From Botryllus schlosseri (Eukaryota), in assembly GCA_051294905.1 (NCBI GenBank), contig CM119373.1:312001-376000 (forward strand): a stretch of DNA of 64,000 nucleotides, in the 5' to 3' direction. Shown here piece by piece: positions 26,380 through 40,870 of the stretch. The translations under genes were made by a program, and so were the position numbers. Below the pieces are notes generated by a model that did not search any database, was not told the DNA's origin, and worked only from the letters and a program-made list of their open reading frames with translations. The first letter of the stretch is position 1; each line of letters starts with the position of its first letter.

Positions 26380-26700
26380 GTCAGCCGGGATTCCGCGCTC
26401 GACGTCTTCATTATTGGTGCCGTCAGGGATTCCTGACTCGACACATCTTCAGTTAGTGCCAGCAGTGCTAACTGACCCGACACTTTCTCGACTAGTGCCA
26501 GCAGGGGCTACCTGACCCAACACTAGGGATTTCCCATATTTTTTTGACCTTTTGGGAAAGAAGGTAAGACATTTGCCGTCGTAAGATCGGCGTATTTATG
26601 ATTGGTGCCAGCAGGGATTCCTGACTCGACACATTTCGCGCCAGTGGTGATTACCATCTCGACACTTGCGCCAGCGGCAACGGCCTGCGGCGACACAGAC
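26380..26700 (-). repeat. Degenerate tandem repeat (~36-45 bp units) between Gypsy PR and RT
   Basis: About 7 variants of GTGCCAGCAGGGATTCCTGACTCGACAC (minus-strand peptide VESGIPAGT). Confidence 0.7.
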
Positions 26701-29700
26701 AACGTGCCGGCTCGACGCTTATCTGGTTTGCAGCTTCCATCAACCCATCATCGGTTACAGTGTCGCGAAGACTGCTTCCGACTTTGGTTCCGTCCCGTTG
26801 ATCACACGAGATCCCGTCATGAAGCGTTACTAAAGACAACCCTTCGTTTGCATTAGGCGGAGATTCAAATTCAGTCGCTATGTTTGGTAATTGTTGTACA
26901 TGATCAATCCATTTTAGACCTACAATATCGAGAGGTCTCCTTTCTCGATCGCAAATGGAGCCGATAGCCCGTCGAAATTGATTATTACTAAGGAGTCAAC
27001 GTGGGAGGAGTCACCTATATCACGTAGTTTCATGTCTATAGGTTGCCGCTTCTCCCAGCTTGGCGGGTATTAGGTTTCTACGACGTTTTTCAATTTGAGG
27101 ACGCTTCCCGTGTCGGCGCAGAAAACCCCAGTTGTGATCCTTCGACGATCTTTTCTTTTCATAGATTGGCGTTCGCAGATAGTAAGAAGGTAATCGATGT
27201 GTTCGTCTTCAGACTCTCCCCCGTCCACTGAAATTGCCAAGAAATGACGCTGAGCCCCAGAATCCCAGTGGTGCCTCCATTTGATTATAGTGTAGCTTCA
27301 TGGCGCTTGCCATACAAGTATTCCACACTTGGTTCGATTTACTTCACAGAGCTCAACCCCATCTCCTGGCTTTTCCACATTTTTCCACACCCCTTATACA
27401 ACCCGGTTTTGTCGACGTTGATTGAAGCATTGGTTGTAGATTGATCGAACGAAGCAGTGACCTTGGAAGGTCCAGCGGCTCAAACTATTCATACAATAGA
27501 CAAGCCCCTTGGCTTAATTCAACCAACATACTCCAATAATTATCATGCAGACAGCAATGAAGTATCTATGCAAAACTCGGTTAAGTTGGCACACGGAACA
27601 TACGCCAATCACTACACGAGTCAAGATTTAACCTATTCATATTCATGCACGATTAATAACAGTTCAATACTCCAAGGTGTGTTTACACCATAAATGTGAC
27701 GGTATTTCCTGCCGACAATATACATGCATATAATATACAAGAAATATGCCAATCGATGCCACAAAAAAACAATACCACACAGAGTTCAAGTTGACCAATT
27801 TGCCGACCACCTTGTTTATAAGAGTTCCCCAATCTTCCAGATGCAGATATCAAACCGCAATTAGTCCAGGAACCGACCCCTTGTTTGAGTCGTTACTACT
27901 TAGGATCATCAAGTAGCCTACTTGCGTGATTTCGATTCGGAGATCGGGCATTCCAAGTCCCACAGAACGCGGGGTTTGTTGAGGGTTCGTTGTAACGATA
28001 TTCCGAATGCAATACCTCTATGTTCTTGGCTCTTTCCATCTTTAGCTCATCGGCTTTATGGAGCGATTCCAGCAAATTTAATCGAGCTTCTTCATTTATG
28101 TATACATTGCAATTTCGGTTAGCAGTCGCTCCTATTTCATCGCACTGCTTTATTTCTGTATACTTTGCAACTGCGGCAAGCAGCCGACCCAATCAATAGC
28201 ATGTCAAGATTTTTCAGAGGGACATCGGAACATCACCCTTCAATCTCAAAATACGTCAAACCCTTCCGCAATGCCTCCGTCAATGTCCGGTTTTCTGGAT
28301 ATAGTCTGCTACTGGATGCTTCGTTTGGGGCTCTGTTTCAGACTGGCGGATTTACTTGGCATAGAGTCACAAGTTCGCCGAAACTAGCGGACGCACCGAT
28401 GTCGTCTTTATATGCAATAATTGGATACTACAACTGAGTGTACAATTCATGTGGACATCATACATGGCATAGATATGCATACATATATCAGTCATACTTC
28501 GGCTCACTGTAAAAGCTCGCATACATGAAAAAATGGTGGCGCCATTTTTGGTTAAGCAAACTGATGGTATAGCTAACACTTAACATGCATACGACACAGT
28601 CCCAGATAAGCACAAAATGATACCATCTCACTTATAATAGTCATATGTGAACCAATATCCTAATTGTAATCATGCTATATTCCTTAATTTCCAGTATTGG
28701 TGTGCTTAAGCTTTTTTATTCATTCGTATATATCGTGCTTCATAGGCAATAGACTAGGCTTATCGCGAATTTCGAACTCACATATGCTCCAATGCCTTAC
28801 CCCAAGAGGTCTTTAAATACCCATATTTCTATTGTCCTATGGTCCATTACACATCAAATTTTCAAACTTTTGTCCCGTTGGGGTGAAGGGTCCTGACACT
28901 AGTATAGGGGCGGGGTCTGTTATGACGCCTTATTAATACCTACAGCTGCAGTACTCGCTATTAAATTACTGCAGTAACAACCAACTATTCTCATATTAAA
29001 TGTTCATAACTTATACCTATATTTAAGACATGTTAGCGTCATCTTAAAGCAATATGATGGTAAATGTCAAAGATTAGGTAAATGCAGTACTTGAACAATA
29101 TAAGAAAGATAGGCGTCACGTTGCAATAATACGTCATAGTAAACCCTCCCATGAAAATACCCTTTTGCAGATTGATTTTTGCCAATACAGTAAACTTCAT
29201 AGTTCATACACGTCATGATTGCAATACGACAAAATGGCGCTCGTCAGGCGCATTCACTTCGTAAAGTGAATACGCGGACAAAGCGGGTTTTAGGCTAGTG
29301 TCATATTCCATCATCGACACATCAGTTTCGAAAAACGAATGTGTGGATAAGTTCAACCATGGGTTACTTTTCTAAGGTCTTTATATTAGCAGTACTGGCC
29401 TGAAGTATTCCTAATGTTATAGGCCTAGTAATTCCGGTTATATAATATTTCTGTATTTATTGTAGTTGGTGCCTAAAACGTTTTGGAAAGTCTGTCGATA
29501 TCTTGGTCTAAAGACCAAGGTATCGATCCATTATTTTAGTAGCCCTAATCGTTTTGGAAAGCATATCGGTCTTCTCCAGGGTCTACCACCAAGGTACCGA
29601 TGTAGCAATTTGATTGAGTCAGACCCGGACAACTAGAAAATTTTCAGCTTTTCCTAATTAGATGAAATTTAGAGCTACACAGCTTTTCCAAATTATGTTA

Positions 29701-30705
29701 AAATTAGAATTAGAGCTGCGCAACTTTATCCAAATTAGATTAGAATTAGATTACTTGTATTTCGTTCTAATTCAGTGAAATTAGACAACTAGTATTATTT
29801 AGTTGTCCAAGCCTGGTTCGAGTCGCCTGCTTGCAGTACCATTAATAAATCCAATTTGACTTTGTCCTTGTTATTACTTAATGCGACAAGTAGGTATATT
29901 TCTGAAGCTATTCTTGAGTTAGTGCGTTTCATCTTACGTCAGCGAGGTAAATTGTCCTCAAAAACACTAAACAAGAATGCTCTAAAATGCTGACAAAACC
30001 ATGGAATATCTAGGTACAAAGGCACCCGCCTTATTGTCGGCATGAATATGCACAGCGAACGGCACATATTTATTGACGCACTGCGATACTACACATTTAC
30101 AACGCCGCAACATACCCTACGGAAACTTTATCGCTGCTAGTGATTATTTTTCATCCTCACTAATTCTTGGTCCTAGTTCTGCCCATGTAAGCTTACACGA
30201 AATAATAGAGTGTTTTTCGGCATATTCAAATCTTGACTGGAGTCAGGCTCACTTTCAACTAGACACTTTCGTCTCGCCAAATCTGTCGCAGCCAATTACT
30301 ACACGCGACAGGATAGTTAGTACGACTGCCCTGGATCGCAGTTTCGTGGTGTTTTGAAATGATGAAAATATTATTAAAACCGATTGACTAAACGCGGCAT
30401 AAGCACTCGTCATTTCCTGCTTTTATATCTCCAGACATTAGTATCTCTGGACTTTAATTAAACTATACTAACTGTCCTACTCAAATTTTCGCGTAAATGA
30501 ATTACATACTTTTCGTATTGATTATTCGAGCGGGTTTCTGCAGATATGGATCAATACCGTTAAGCCTGATCCGTTTTGAATACTATCGATAAAACGTGTT
30601 AATATGGTGTAGCCTTCTTTGTTTCATCCATGGCGACTAGGACTATATACCGCGCATGTTTGAGAACAAACGGCAATATTCGCGAAGGATTTCATATGTC
30701 ATCAC

Positions 30706-31711
30706 TAGGGCCATTTAAAGTCATATCTTTTTCTATGCATCAGTAAGTCGTGAAATCAATTTTAACGCAAAAACCGCATCCATATGGGGTATATTAAGAA
30801 AGTTATAAAGTCATATAAAGTCATATTTTCCTGGTTAGATCATATTTGAGTTATAAAGTCATATTGTTGTATACTTTAAATAAAAAGTGCCAAATGAAAC
30901 AATTAAGCACTAAGAAAGTAAGGCAATTTCCGATTGAACGAAGGCAAACTGTAAGGTTAGCCTACATAACATTACAGTCGCAGACTTACGAGGTCACACA
31001 TTGCATTATGAGGTCACACATTGCATTGTGTTGCTACACAATCTGTTTTACTTCTGTGCACTGAAGTGGGACGTCATTTGAAGTTCAGAGACTTCCACAA
31101 GTGAAAGAAATAGTCAACGCATGGGAAGCTGAAGGAGTTTTTATAAAGAGCGTCAAAGATTCAGTGAACGAACCAAAGTTGACGAGTTAACAGAAATATG
31201 CCTCCACTACAACAATATTTCAAACTTGATACTGAAAATGTAACGTACACTATCAAAGAGGCTCATGCTGATCTAAATGCCCTCGAATTCGCAAAAGATC
31301 CGCTTGAGCTCAAAAATTACATTAAGAAGCGATTGGACAAAAACGATGCGAAACAAATTATGGAGCTACAAAGACAAGACATTTCACCAGCGCTGTATGC
31401 AAAACTGCAAAGTGTCAACCCACATCAGCGTCTGTGGAGCGCTCATTTTCCTTACTAAAGTAATTTTTACGTCCAATCGTAACTTTAAAGTCTCCAACAT
31501 TCCACACTACATGAAACTACTACAAAAGCGGTTTAAAATAAAAATGGATGCGTATTACTGTTATGTTGTCCATGTCTTACTCGTCAGTTCCATGAGTGAC
31601 GTTGGTTACATGTAAAAATACACGATTTTCGCATAAAGTCATATAAAGTCATATTTTCCCAAAAATAAAGTCATATAATTGATTTTTTAAGGTCATATAA
31701 AAATGGACCTA
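30706..31711 (+). mobile_element. hAT deletion derivative with hAT19/CGGBP-like transposase C-terminus
   Basis: TIRs TAGGGCCATTT / AAATGGACCTA; TSD GTCATCAC; AAAGTCATAT subterminal repeats; KNYIKKRLDKND..ISPALYAKLQ then CQPTSASVERSFSLLK after a frameshift. Confidence 0.85.
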
Positions 31712-31752
31712 GTCATCACCCATTCGAATTACAACAGAATATGACTGATATC

Positions 31753-32741
31753 CAGAGGTGGTTAGTCACGAAGTACTTCTACTTTTTGGAAGTACTCAAG
31801 TAGTTTTCCTCTACTTCTGGTACTTATTCAAGTAGATCTGATTTTCTCTACTTCTACTTCTACTTCGTAATATTTTGTGATCTACTTACTTACTTTTCGC
31901 TATTTTCAGTTTGTCAAGTAGAAGTAGTCTAATTCCCCAATACGAACGATAACTTGGGGAATTCCGCGGCTGTTTTCATGGAGTACCAACATTTAATATT
32001 CATAAGAGTCAAGTAAAGCCCAGGAATGTTATTGCGCTTCGCGCATAGTAGTAATGGAGTGACAAATGTGTTTTCATGAAAGTATCAGTGAATGTAATTT
32101 AGGTACCGGATTGCTTGGTTCCTCTCACACCGCATTGTCGTCCTTATCAAATATTTCATCACAGTAAATATGGCCCACCACAACGTTTGAAACTACTGTT
32201 TCACAATCTAGCAATTGCCTATCATATTGTAATCTAGCAGCCCCTTACGTGTCTTGATACGCAAAGTGATGTAACCGTATCCGATACATTTTCTACGTAT
32301 TGCTCTTTGCCTAAACTTGTGGCCTTATAATATGGGGTAGGGCGCAATCCCATGATATTCTCTAAAAACGGGGTGTTCCAGTAAACAAAAGATAAGTATC
32401 GCATTTTCATATCAGTACTATAATTTGCATCCCATGATGCGAAACAATAGTTATTATGTCGAAAGTTGATACCTCCTGGGATGCATCAATACGAATCAAG
32501 CTCCCTGCACGGGCCGCATAGCTCAATTCGCAGCTTTTGACAGTCCATGCGAACGAATTAAGACTGTTTTCAAAACTACTTACTTACTTGAGTAGATATA
32601 AAGTCAGTTAATTCTACTTCTACTTCAAGTAGTTTTAGGTGGCTTATTGAAGAAGTACTTCTACTTGTACTTGAGTAGATTTTTCCGTCGCTACTCCTAC
32701 TTCTACTTGAGTAGCTTTCTTGACTACTTTGGTCACCTCTG
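31753..32741 (+). mobile_element. hAT non-autonomous element with CTACTT subterminal arrays
   Basis: TIRs CAGAGGTG / CACCTCTG; perfect TSD CTGATATC. Confidence 0.88.
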
Positions 32742-34249
32742 CTGATATCATCCATAAGTCAGTTTTTCTTTTCTTTAGCAATTGTCATATAATTCGGACC
32801 CTCTCTGTCTTTCAGCGTTCCCTTTATTTGAATTCAAAACGACTATCACTTTTTATACAGTTGCACTGTGTTCCAGAATAGCTATAACCATAAACTCTTG
32901 AGACCTCAGAACAGTGTGGAGATCAAACCACTACCTCCGAGTCACGAGTCACCTTGAGACATTACACATTTCGACCCGAGCCCAGCCAAGTACCGTCAAG
33001 TCACCATTCAAGCCAAATTGAATTTTCGAAGTATGTATGATGATGCAAAGTCACTACACTTTGCCAACTGGGTGTAGGACAAATTAATTGGTTACGCTCA
33101 CTTCGGTATATTATCCTACATTGCTGCGATCTCAATCATACCAATCAGAAGACACATGTATTTACACCTTAACAACACAGAATAATTGTGACAATTGACG
33201 CAGCTTGCTCTGTGAGAGGTTTTCAACTTCTGGTAACGAGTCAAATGAAAGAAGAATCAGACCATATTCAAAATTGACGTCAGAAATACGTGTTTTTAGC
33301 TTGCTCCTCGTGAATTTCATTGTTCAACTGCATCGTATTTCAGAAAGGTCTATACGAAATTTTCAGGCAGTGGTATGTGCGCCCGCATTAAACAGGGCAC
33401 TGAGTAGTCCTAATTTATTAAATTTGTTCAGCCGCTACGTTCAATGTACCAGGAGAGCAAGATGAGATACTCATTCTCGATCACAAGATTATGCGTCGGC
33501 GATATTTGTGTTTTTTGAGGAAAATTACCATTTCATACCTCAGCTCATACACCCGTGTAGGCATAGCGTAACTGATTCATGTCGATGTAGACTACCATTA
33601 TACCGTGGCAATGCCGCAATTTTGCGATAATTATTTACTATGTCGCGGGCCAGTTCGAAAGGGATGAACTATTCGGCGCCTGGGCACCTTTATCATCGAA
33701 AGCTTTGAGCAGGCCTAGGTTTCACAGCCGACGGTCCTTCTGCGAGCGCAAACGGCGGGGAACACTCTATCTCGTAATCGCAAATGCAGTTCGGCTCAAT
33801 TCGATACATTAGGCGTTCTTTCATTTTTACAAAGAGGTAACCTTATTAAAAGCAAAAAATCGAGCGACAACATGTTGCGCAAAGCGTGTAGTAATAATCA
33901 TTTCACGTCCTTCTGTTCTAACCAGAGGCTCCAATTCGGACATTCTCGCGGGCCCCTCTACCAAGTCTCGGAGGTGCCGCAGCCGCGGCATCACTAATAG
34001 GGATATTCAATATAGCAATTCCAAGTGGGCCCCATTCGACGGGTTTCCATAAACGAGAATCCCACAATCGTCAAAAAAATCCAAATTACTTATGATAGTA
34101 TCTTACGTTTGACACAAAAAAACTCAGTACTTCAGACATTCCAACAGGATCGCCTATATGCCAACCGTAATTTGTAATTTCGAGAGCCATATTATGGCGA
34201 AACTTGCCGGGATTTCCACAGCAACTTTGGAGCGAACTTCAGCCTTTTT

Positions 34250-34560
34250 TATTTAAAAAGATACGTGGCCTTTAAATATTTTGTTCAACACTTGAAATTT
34301 CCAAATTCCGCCGCGGCCCGTCCGAAACATAGGCATGGGTGCATGCGGCCCACGGGCTGTCCCCGAAGCTTTTACCATAAGCCGCTCGCATCTGTGAGCC
34401 CAGGGGCTCAGATTCAAACTGAAAGGACCAGCACGATCAAAGACAATCGAATAAGAAAACACAGGCCGGCTTTTTACAATCGGGATCATACTCGGTGTAC
34501 TAAATTTTCTCTTTACAGGGCGCAAGCACAAGGCGACTTGGTGCGCACTACTTCAAGCGC
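34250..34560 (-). pseudogene. Possible LTR-retrotransposon integrase fragment
   Basis: C.C..KRKFSTPSMIPIVKSRPVFSYSIVFDRAGP resembles the zinc-finger-to-D.(A)GP segment; heavily decayed. Confidence 0.35.
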
Positions 34561-37500
34561 GTAGAAAACCGAGCAAAACCCCAACCTTCCACGTCTGCAA
34601 CTTCGTTTAGCTACCGCTACATGGGACACGCAATATTTATAAATTACTCACTCAGTGCTGTGATCTTTGCCGTAGCCTCGGTGCAAGAATGCCCGTCTTG
34701 CTCCTGTGTTCTTTCAGCTTCAATTCCTTCTGCTCCGTGTTGCGAGTCCAGATCAGACTGGATAGATGGTGATTCGAGGCTGCTTATATGCATTTCTGTT
34801 TCAAAAACAAACAAAGACTTCCCTGCCAAGAGCTGGCTATAAGTTTCGGGCCCAGTTCGTGATGAGTTATTTTCTTTTTAATCTTTTTATGAATCACAGT
34901 TCGTGCTCCAGCCGCGGCCATTAACTAATTGTTTTCGGCTCTATCAGCTACCAAAATGGCACAGCTTTGTGTGCGAGTTAATCTCCCTCATCATTATAAA
35001 TGACCCATTATAACGACTTCGTGCACGAGCAGAAATGACTAAGTGTCACGATTCGGCCTCGGCTCCTTATTTGGATAGAAACATCGGTCGCCATTTTTGA
35101 TTTTGCGTCAACACAATACCTTGCAGTAGCCTACCTCGCTCGCTGCAATCACCTTTTCCCCGCTCAGGGAAATACTTTACTTTTTGGTTGCAAAGTAGGT
35201 ACCCTATTTAGGTTTTCTTTCACCAGCTTACTCAGTAACCCACACGCAACAACGTCTAACCACAAGAATTCTTCAATTCGGATTTCCATGCGAAGCCTAG
35301 CCAAAACTCCGAGATCTCAATATTTTTAGGCGTCAGAGGCATAGCCTATACGATTCAAGCCACGTTGACCCATAATTGGCTGAAGCGCCGACTTTGAAAA
35401 TCACAATTAGCCCCTTTTTATCAAAAAAGACCCCTATCTCTTTAGGTCGCCAGCGGGCGCTGTTGCTTCGGTATGCGCACGCAAAGTGCAACCGAGTTTT
35501 CCACAAACTGGATTATGGTACACAAATTTACAGCATACGTCTTAACAATTGGTCTCTTTTAATGTTACATTGAGGCCTAACCAGCTCATGGACCTTTTAT
35601 GTACAACTGGGTCTTTCCTTACACCTTTTCCAGGATATAACTGAACCGAGCGCCATTCGTAAATCATGTCATTTGAGATTATTCGCTCGCGCCACTAACG
35701 GCGCGCAAGGTTCACGTCAGATCAATGTTGCAATGCTAAGATCAGATTACTTGCATTCGTCCCAGTTTTACGAAACACCCCAGTTTTCATGATGAAGAGT
35801 ATCGCCTTACAGTTGACATTTCTGGTTACTGGAGTAAGGGGTACATTCCTTTTGATTTGCCTCGAAGGAATGAACTAATACAATATAGTCCATTATAAAA
35901 TCATTTCGGCCGTACGGGATTATATTCCAGTTACCTTAGGACGACCGTTTTCGAAGCTCTCAGTCAGGAAGCCGCAGCGGGTTCATGCGGGTTTCATTAT
36001 ACAGTGACCATATGGCGCAACCTCGTTACTGTCACGATCTTATTTCCCCAGAATTGCAAATCCCGATGGTTTGAAACTCGACCCGTGATGCCGCCTCGCC
36101 CGAAAAAGTCCGCTCAGCCAATCTACTTGAATTCAAACTACTTGAACAAACGCGGGATTCGCGCTACAGCCAATCCCACGCCGAGCATTCCGACGATTGG
36201 ACATATCAATATCGAAGGTTTTGGTCAACCAGCGACGGTCATTTTGGCAGAGGTTTTATCGCCACCGACCTTGTTGGCACAGGACTTTCCCTATCGGTAT
36301 GTCGGACAGAACTTAATGTCTTCATGTGTTCCAGCGCGGAATGGGTTGGCTTCGCAAGACCTATGTCACCTAGTTACGCACCCGATCGCTGCACACCCCT
36401 ACGTTAGGGCATCTTCTATATACGGGTGAAATCAGAATACCTATATTCTTGCGCGTTGCGTCAAACACATGTGGCATCATATGCCGGCGATCGCTAATAC
36501 ACGGCGTTGATCACCCGAATTTAGTGCGGGTTTAGAATTCCGAACAATCGAGGCTACGCGTAGCTTCCATATACCGTGTCGGAGGTTCACCTGGGCTCCT
36601 CACCGCTGACCTCACTGCATGTGCACTTTTGTGCAGTGTCGTACGAAAAGCCCAGATGAAGCAAGTTAAGTCGAGCTTACGAAAATCGGCTGCAACTGAC
36701 CCCGACGAGGACACGTGCCAGAGAGAGTGGAAGACGCGAATGAGAATATGACTGGAAGTCGTTCAGAGAAATCGCACCACAAGCAAAGACCGGGCGAAAT
36801 AGACAATATTCATGATCGGGCGTAAATGACCTTGTCGGCGTTAAGCGCCAAAAATTATTCAATAGAGGGCAAATACAACTATACCGTAATCATCCGATAT
36901 TCTCGTACATATTTATCGCGTAGAGACGAGTTTTGGCCAGCCGGGTATTTAACTGCAATTTAACTTTCTACCTTCCTTTCCCGAATAGTAACAAATAAAT
37001 GCGGAGTTTAAAATTGTCAAAAAGAAATGCAACTACAGGTCACATTAAACTGGCCAGGGAGTAATATTCCAGAGGTGGTTTCAAGAGACATCATTCTTGT
37101 CATCTCCAATCGTATCGCTACCCTTCCCCGCCATGAGTATTGAGCACGGCTTTGTGAGCGATTTTAATATTGAGTAGACTGGTACGAACTGGATACCGCA
37201 TCTCTTTGGTATCGAGTTTACCGTATGGCAACGATTATGAAATTTGACTCCTTATAACTTCCTGAATTTGCCTCGCACGTCAACAAGCTTTAACGGATAT
37301 TCACTCTATCGGGCCAGATTTAAAAATGTTGCCGCAGTTCGCTGATTATAGCCGCGGCGTCTAGTTCATATTTCGACTCATTCAAAATGGCCGACGAATT
37401 ATTCTTCTGTCAATTTATGGTTGTTTCTAGCAATTATCCTTGTTACACGTACACCACATTAATACCCTCAAGTTCAGATTACTCTACACTACAATTCTAC

Positions 37501-37782
37501 CTTTTTCTTTACTCTTACACGACAAATTTTGTTTGTGTTAAATTCACCTGTTCCATATAAGTTCAAATAAACTTTAGTAAAATATATGCCTCGTCATAAT
37601 ACACTTCTTTTACAACCATTCTCTCGAATTTCACATAGTGTTCTCCGTGTAACAGTAGGTATTTACTGCACGTGAACCAAAGTTACTGTCAATACATACG
37701 AAGTGTAATTCAGACGCTTGTGAGGCACCTTTCATAAAGTTATTCTGTTCGAGTTGCGTCGGGTACGACTTATATAGCCTAC

Positions 37783-39342
37783 CAGGGTTGCAATGACTCG
37801 AGTCAGACTTGACTCGAGTCATTTTCTTGAAAAGGGAAAATGACTCGACTCGACTCGAGTCAATATTTGGATTGACTCTACTTGTACTCGAGTCTTTACG
37901 CATGACTCGACCCAAGTCATTGACTCGGCATATTTTATATGACTTAAAGATGAAGAAATTTGCGAATCGTACTGGCTAGATCAACGCATATGACGAATTC
38001 TGCCGATATCGCTATTTGTCGCCACTGCTTTCGTTGCACTCGTTTGATATCAGATATGCCGCCGTACAAACAACAGACAATGTCACATATAGTAGCGATG
38101 CATTGTACAAAATCATCCTGTGATGAAGAGGTAATAGATCCTCCGCAATCAAAGTACTCGAAGCTTTTCAATTATACAAGCAAACAATCGAAGCAAAGTT
38201 CAATTAGAGGCAATGAAATGACTCAGATGGTCAAGTACTTGGAAGAGACTGATAAGCTCATGTGTAGATTTGAAGGCGATGATTCTCTGCATTATTGGGC
38301 GACCAGAAATAATGAGTATCCAATGGTCTTCAATGTGGTTCAAAAATGCTTGTCAATTCCTGTATCTAGTGCACCAGTGGAACGTGTTTCAGTAGATGTG
38401 GATTTATTCTAAGGCCATGCCGCTATAACATATATGAGGATCTCCTTTCCACTTTAGTATTTCTGAATTGTAACTCATCATTGATTTGATCAGTGAAAAC
38501 ACACAATACACTCCGTCCATTTGACGTCTTGTTAGGTATGTACATTGTGCACGTGAGTAATAATGAATGGCTAATGTTGTGAGATGTTTGTACAATAGGG
38601 TTGTTCAAAAATAACTTCTTATTTATTTTACTGGGTGGCTACTTGGTAAGATAGTTATGTTGCATAAAAAAAAACTGAATCTGAATTAATTTTAAAAAGT
38701 AGAATCAATGATATGAGAGGAGAAAATTTTATATTTGAAAATAAAGGGAGTGTTTTTGGTGAGAAATTATTTTATATAATTTTATTACATGCTAGTAGTA
38801 AGCCGACTATTTCTTCATATCCGAAATATTCCACTCTAAGAAATTCGCTTTTTCTAGTTGGAATTGAGCCAAATTTGCTATAAATCATATTTTTACACAA
38901 TATAACAATATCATGAGGTGGGCCGGTAAAATTCGAAAATCTCTATTTGTAGTTAATCCAAAATTTCCTCTCATATTAGTAACGCTCCAGCGGCTATTTC
39001 GGAAGCTGAGAAGGAATGCTGACCTTTTTTTAGTCAACCACCTGATAATGTGAAAGAAAAACTATACGTCTACATAAGCACGCATCTGTTGATTCTCTAT
39101 CAGCTGGTATCTAGACGTGAATTCGTTGGTTCTATATCAGATAGCATGTAGAATGAATTCGTTGATTCTCTATAAGCTATAAGCTAATTCAGGATTGAAA
39201 ACATGAGTTGAACATGACTTCAATACTGTGGCTTGGACTCGACTCGGTGATGAATTGAAAATGACTCGACTTGACTCGAGTCAAAACCACAAAAGTAAGA
39301 TTGACTCGTGACTCGGAACAATGTGACTTGGTTACAACCCTG
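37783..39342 (+). mobile_element. hAT deletion derivative carrying the hATC dimerisation domain
   Basis: TIRs CAGGGTTG / CAACCCTG; perfect TSD TAGCCTAC; GACTCGAGTC arrays; SLHYWATRNNEYPMVFNVVQKCLSIPVSSAPVERV at ~38280-38390. Confidence 0.9.
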
Positions 39343-40593
39343 TAGCCTACTCGAGCTATTTGCGACAGGATTTAATAATATTTTGCTGTCAAATTGCTTT
39401 GATATGCACGATTTCCATATTCACAGATTTCCTTGTGTTGTTGTGCGTCGTTGATGTTGTGAACAGGCGGCAACCCTCGAAGAGACGAGACCCGGAGCCC
39501 ATCATTACACCTACGCCCCGTTATTGCTTCGTATAAACGGGAACGCTACAACGGACGGACGAAACGCACACAATAGCTCATTCATGAAAAGTATCCAATA
39601 TCAGAGGCTAACGATGGGAAGCGAACTATATATCATGCCTACATCAATTACAATCGACAATTATATTGAGATATATACCTAGCTGTGATCTTTGACGGCG
39701 GTCGTAGTTCGTAGATCTTTATATGAAAAAGATATACAGAAAAGGATCTGAAAAAGTGACGAGTATGGGAAATGGACACGGAAATGGAAATCACAGTCGC
39801 ATATAGGCAAGTCACCGAAATATCACCATTTGTGAATTCCATTGCGATGGCCGACTGTTTGCGAACCACTGCAGATGTCCACGATGTCCTGGCGATTGCT
39901 AATTGCGTTTTGACTTGAATGCTGAGTACGCGGCAGGTTTACTTCAAATCCGCCGTCCTCTGCTCAATATGGGAGTAAACAGACGAACCATAAAAGTTGA
40001 AATGTATACGGGCTTTTATAAACTACCAATGTAATTAGTTGACGGTCAAGTAACTATACTATTTTTCAGAAGTTCAAGTTTTAGTTCTAGTTGTGGATTT
40101 TGAAAAGTGATTATTCCTAGTTTTGGTTGCACATCTCAAATAATTTAGTTGCTCAGCAGCTACAAATCATATGTTGTTTGACGTGAATCGTGATATCGGT
40201 GTTCTGTTGTGTGATGTTCTTGCAGTCATTGCTAGCTCGTAGTCATCACTACTAACAGTGGCGTATCCAGGGGCAGGTTTTGGGGCACAAGACCCATCCC
40301 TTTGCAAAGTTGTACTTACGAAAAGCCGTTCCAATTCCGATAAACTGAATATTAATGATTTTCGTCGGGATTGAACCTAGTTAAAAGTGTTTTTAAAGAT
40401 CGTTAGTTCTAGTTCTTGTTCTAGTTGCGAGTTTTGAAATCCAGTACGAGTCTGATTGGCGCGCATTCGGTGTCTTTCGCAGAACATTATATCTTCCCAT
40501 GACATTATTTTAAATTGCGGATATACTCAATTCAAATAATTGATATTGAAGTCACGGATAACTTGCATCAGTGGCATTCGATAAAGAAACGCC

Positions 40594-40870
40594 ATGACAC
40601 ACCATCAAGATTCGAATGTTGAAGAATGTAAAAGAGTGCAGATGAGGGTAGACGAAACAAATGACTGTTTCAATAAGATGCATGATATCATTCATCTAGC
40701 ATTAGAGACTGACGAAATGCTTCTCAACCACTCAAAAGAAATATCAAATTCTGCAAGCAGAGACATATTAACGAGGATCAAGCTCCTGTCTGAAAATATA
40801 ATTGCAGAAAGAGACGCAAAGCAGCGAATAGTTGTGGATATGATGCAGATATATGACAGATCGTATGATG
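40594..40870 (+). CDS. Coiled-coil/ZU5/UPA/tandem death-domain gene, coding exon 1 (helical coiled coil)
   Basis: AACGCCATGA start with an in-frame stop just upstream; upstream acceptor TTTCGCAG at 40481; donor GTAAAT, phase 1. Confidence 0.7.

Larger units (their letters stand above)
21482..28902 (-). mobile_element. Decayed Gypsy-type LTR retrotransposon (gag-PR-RT remnant-env-like ORF-PPT-3' LTR)
   Basis: Minus order: weak PBS-like TAGTGTCAGGA (~28892-28902); degenerate zinc knuckle CGKPGDGVELC (~27345-27392); protease FCADTGS (DTG 27106-27114) and IVGLKWI; RT start KPFVSGPYNL..LKEAID..GIIEQ (~25600-25715); TM ORF; PPT 21764-21784 then TGTAA LTR start at 21763. No matching 5' LTR found. 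Confidence 0.7.

Noticed and set aside
28903..29400. 5' LTR of the Gypsy element
   Set aside because: No visible similarity to the 3' LTR remnant at 21482-21763
39871..39963. tRNA-like sequence (TTCAAATCC)
   Set aside because: No consistent cloverleaf or A box
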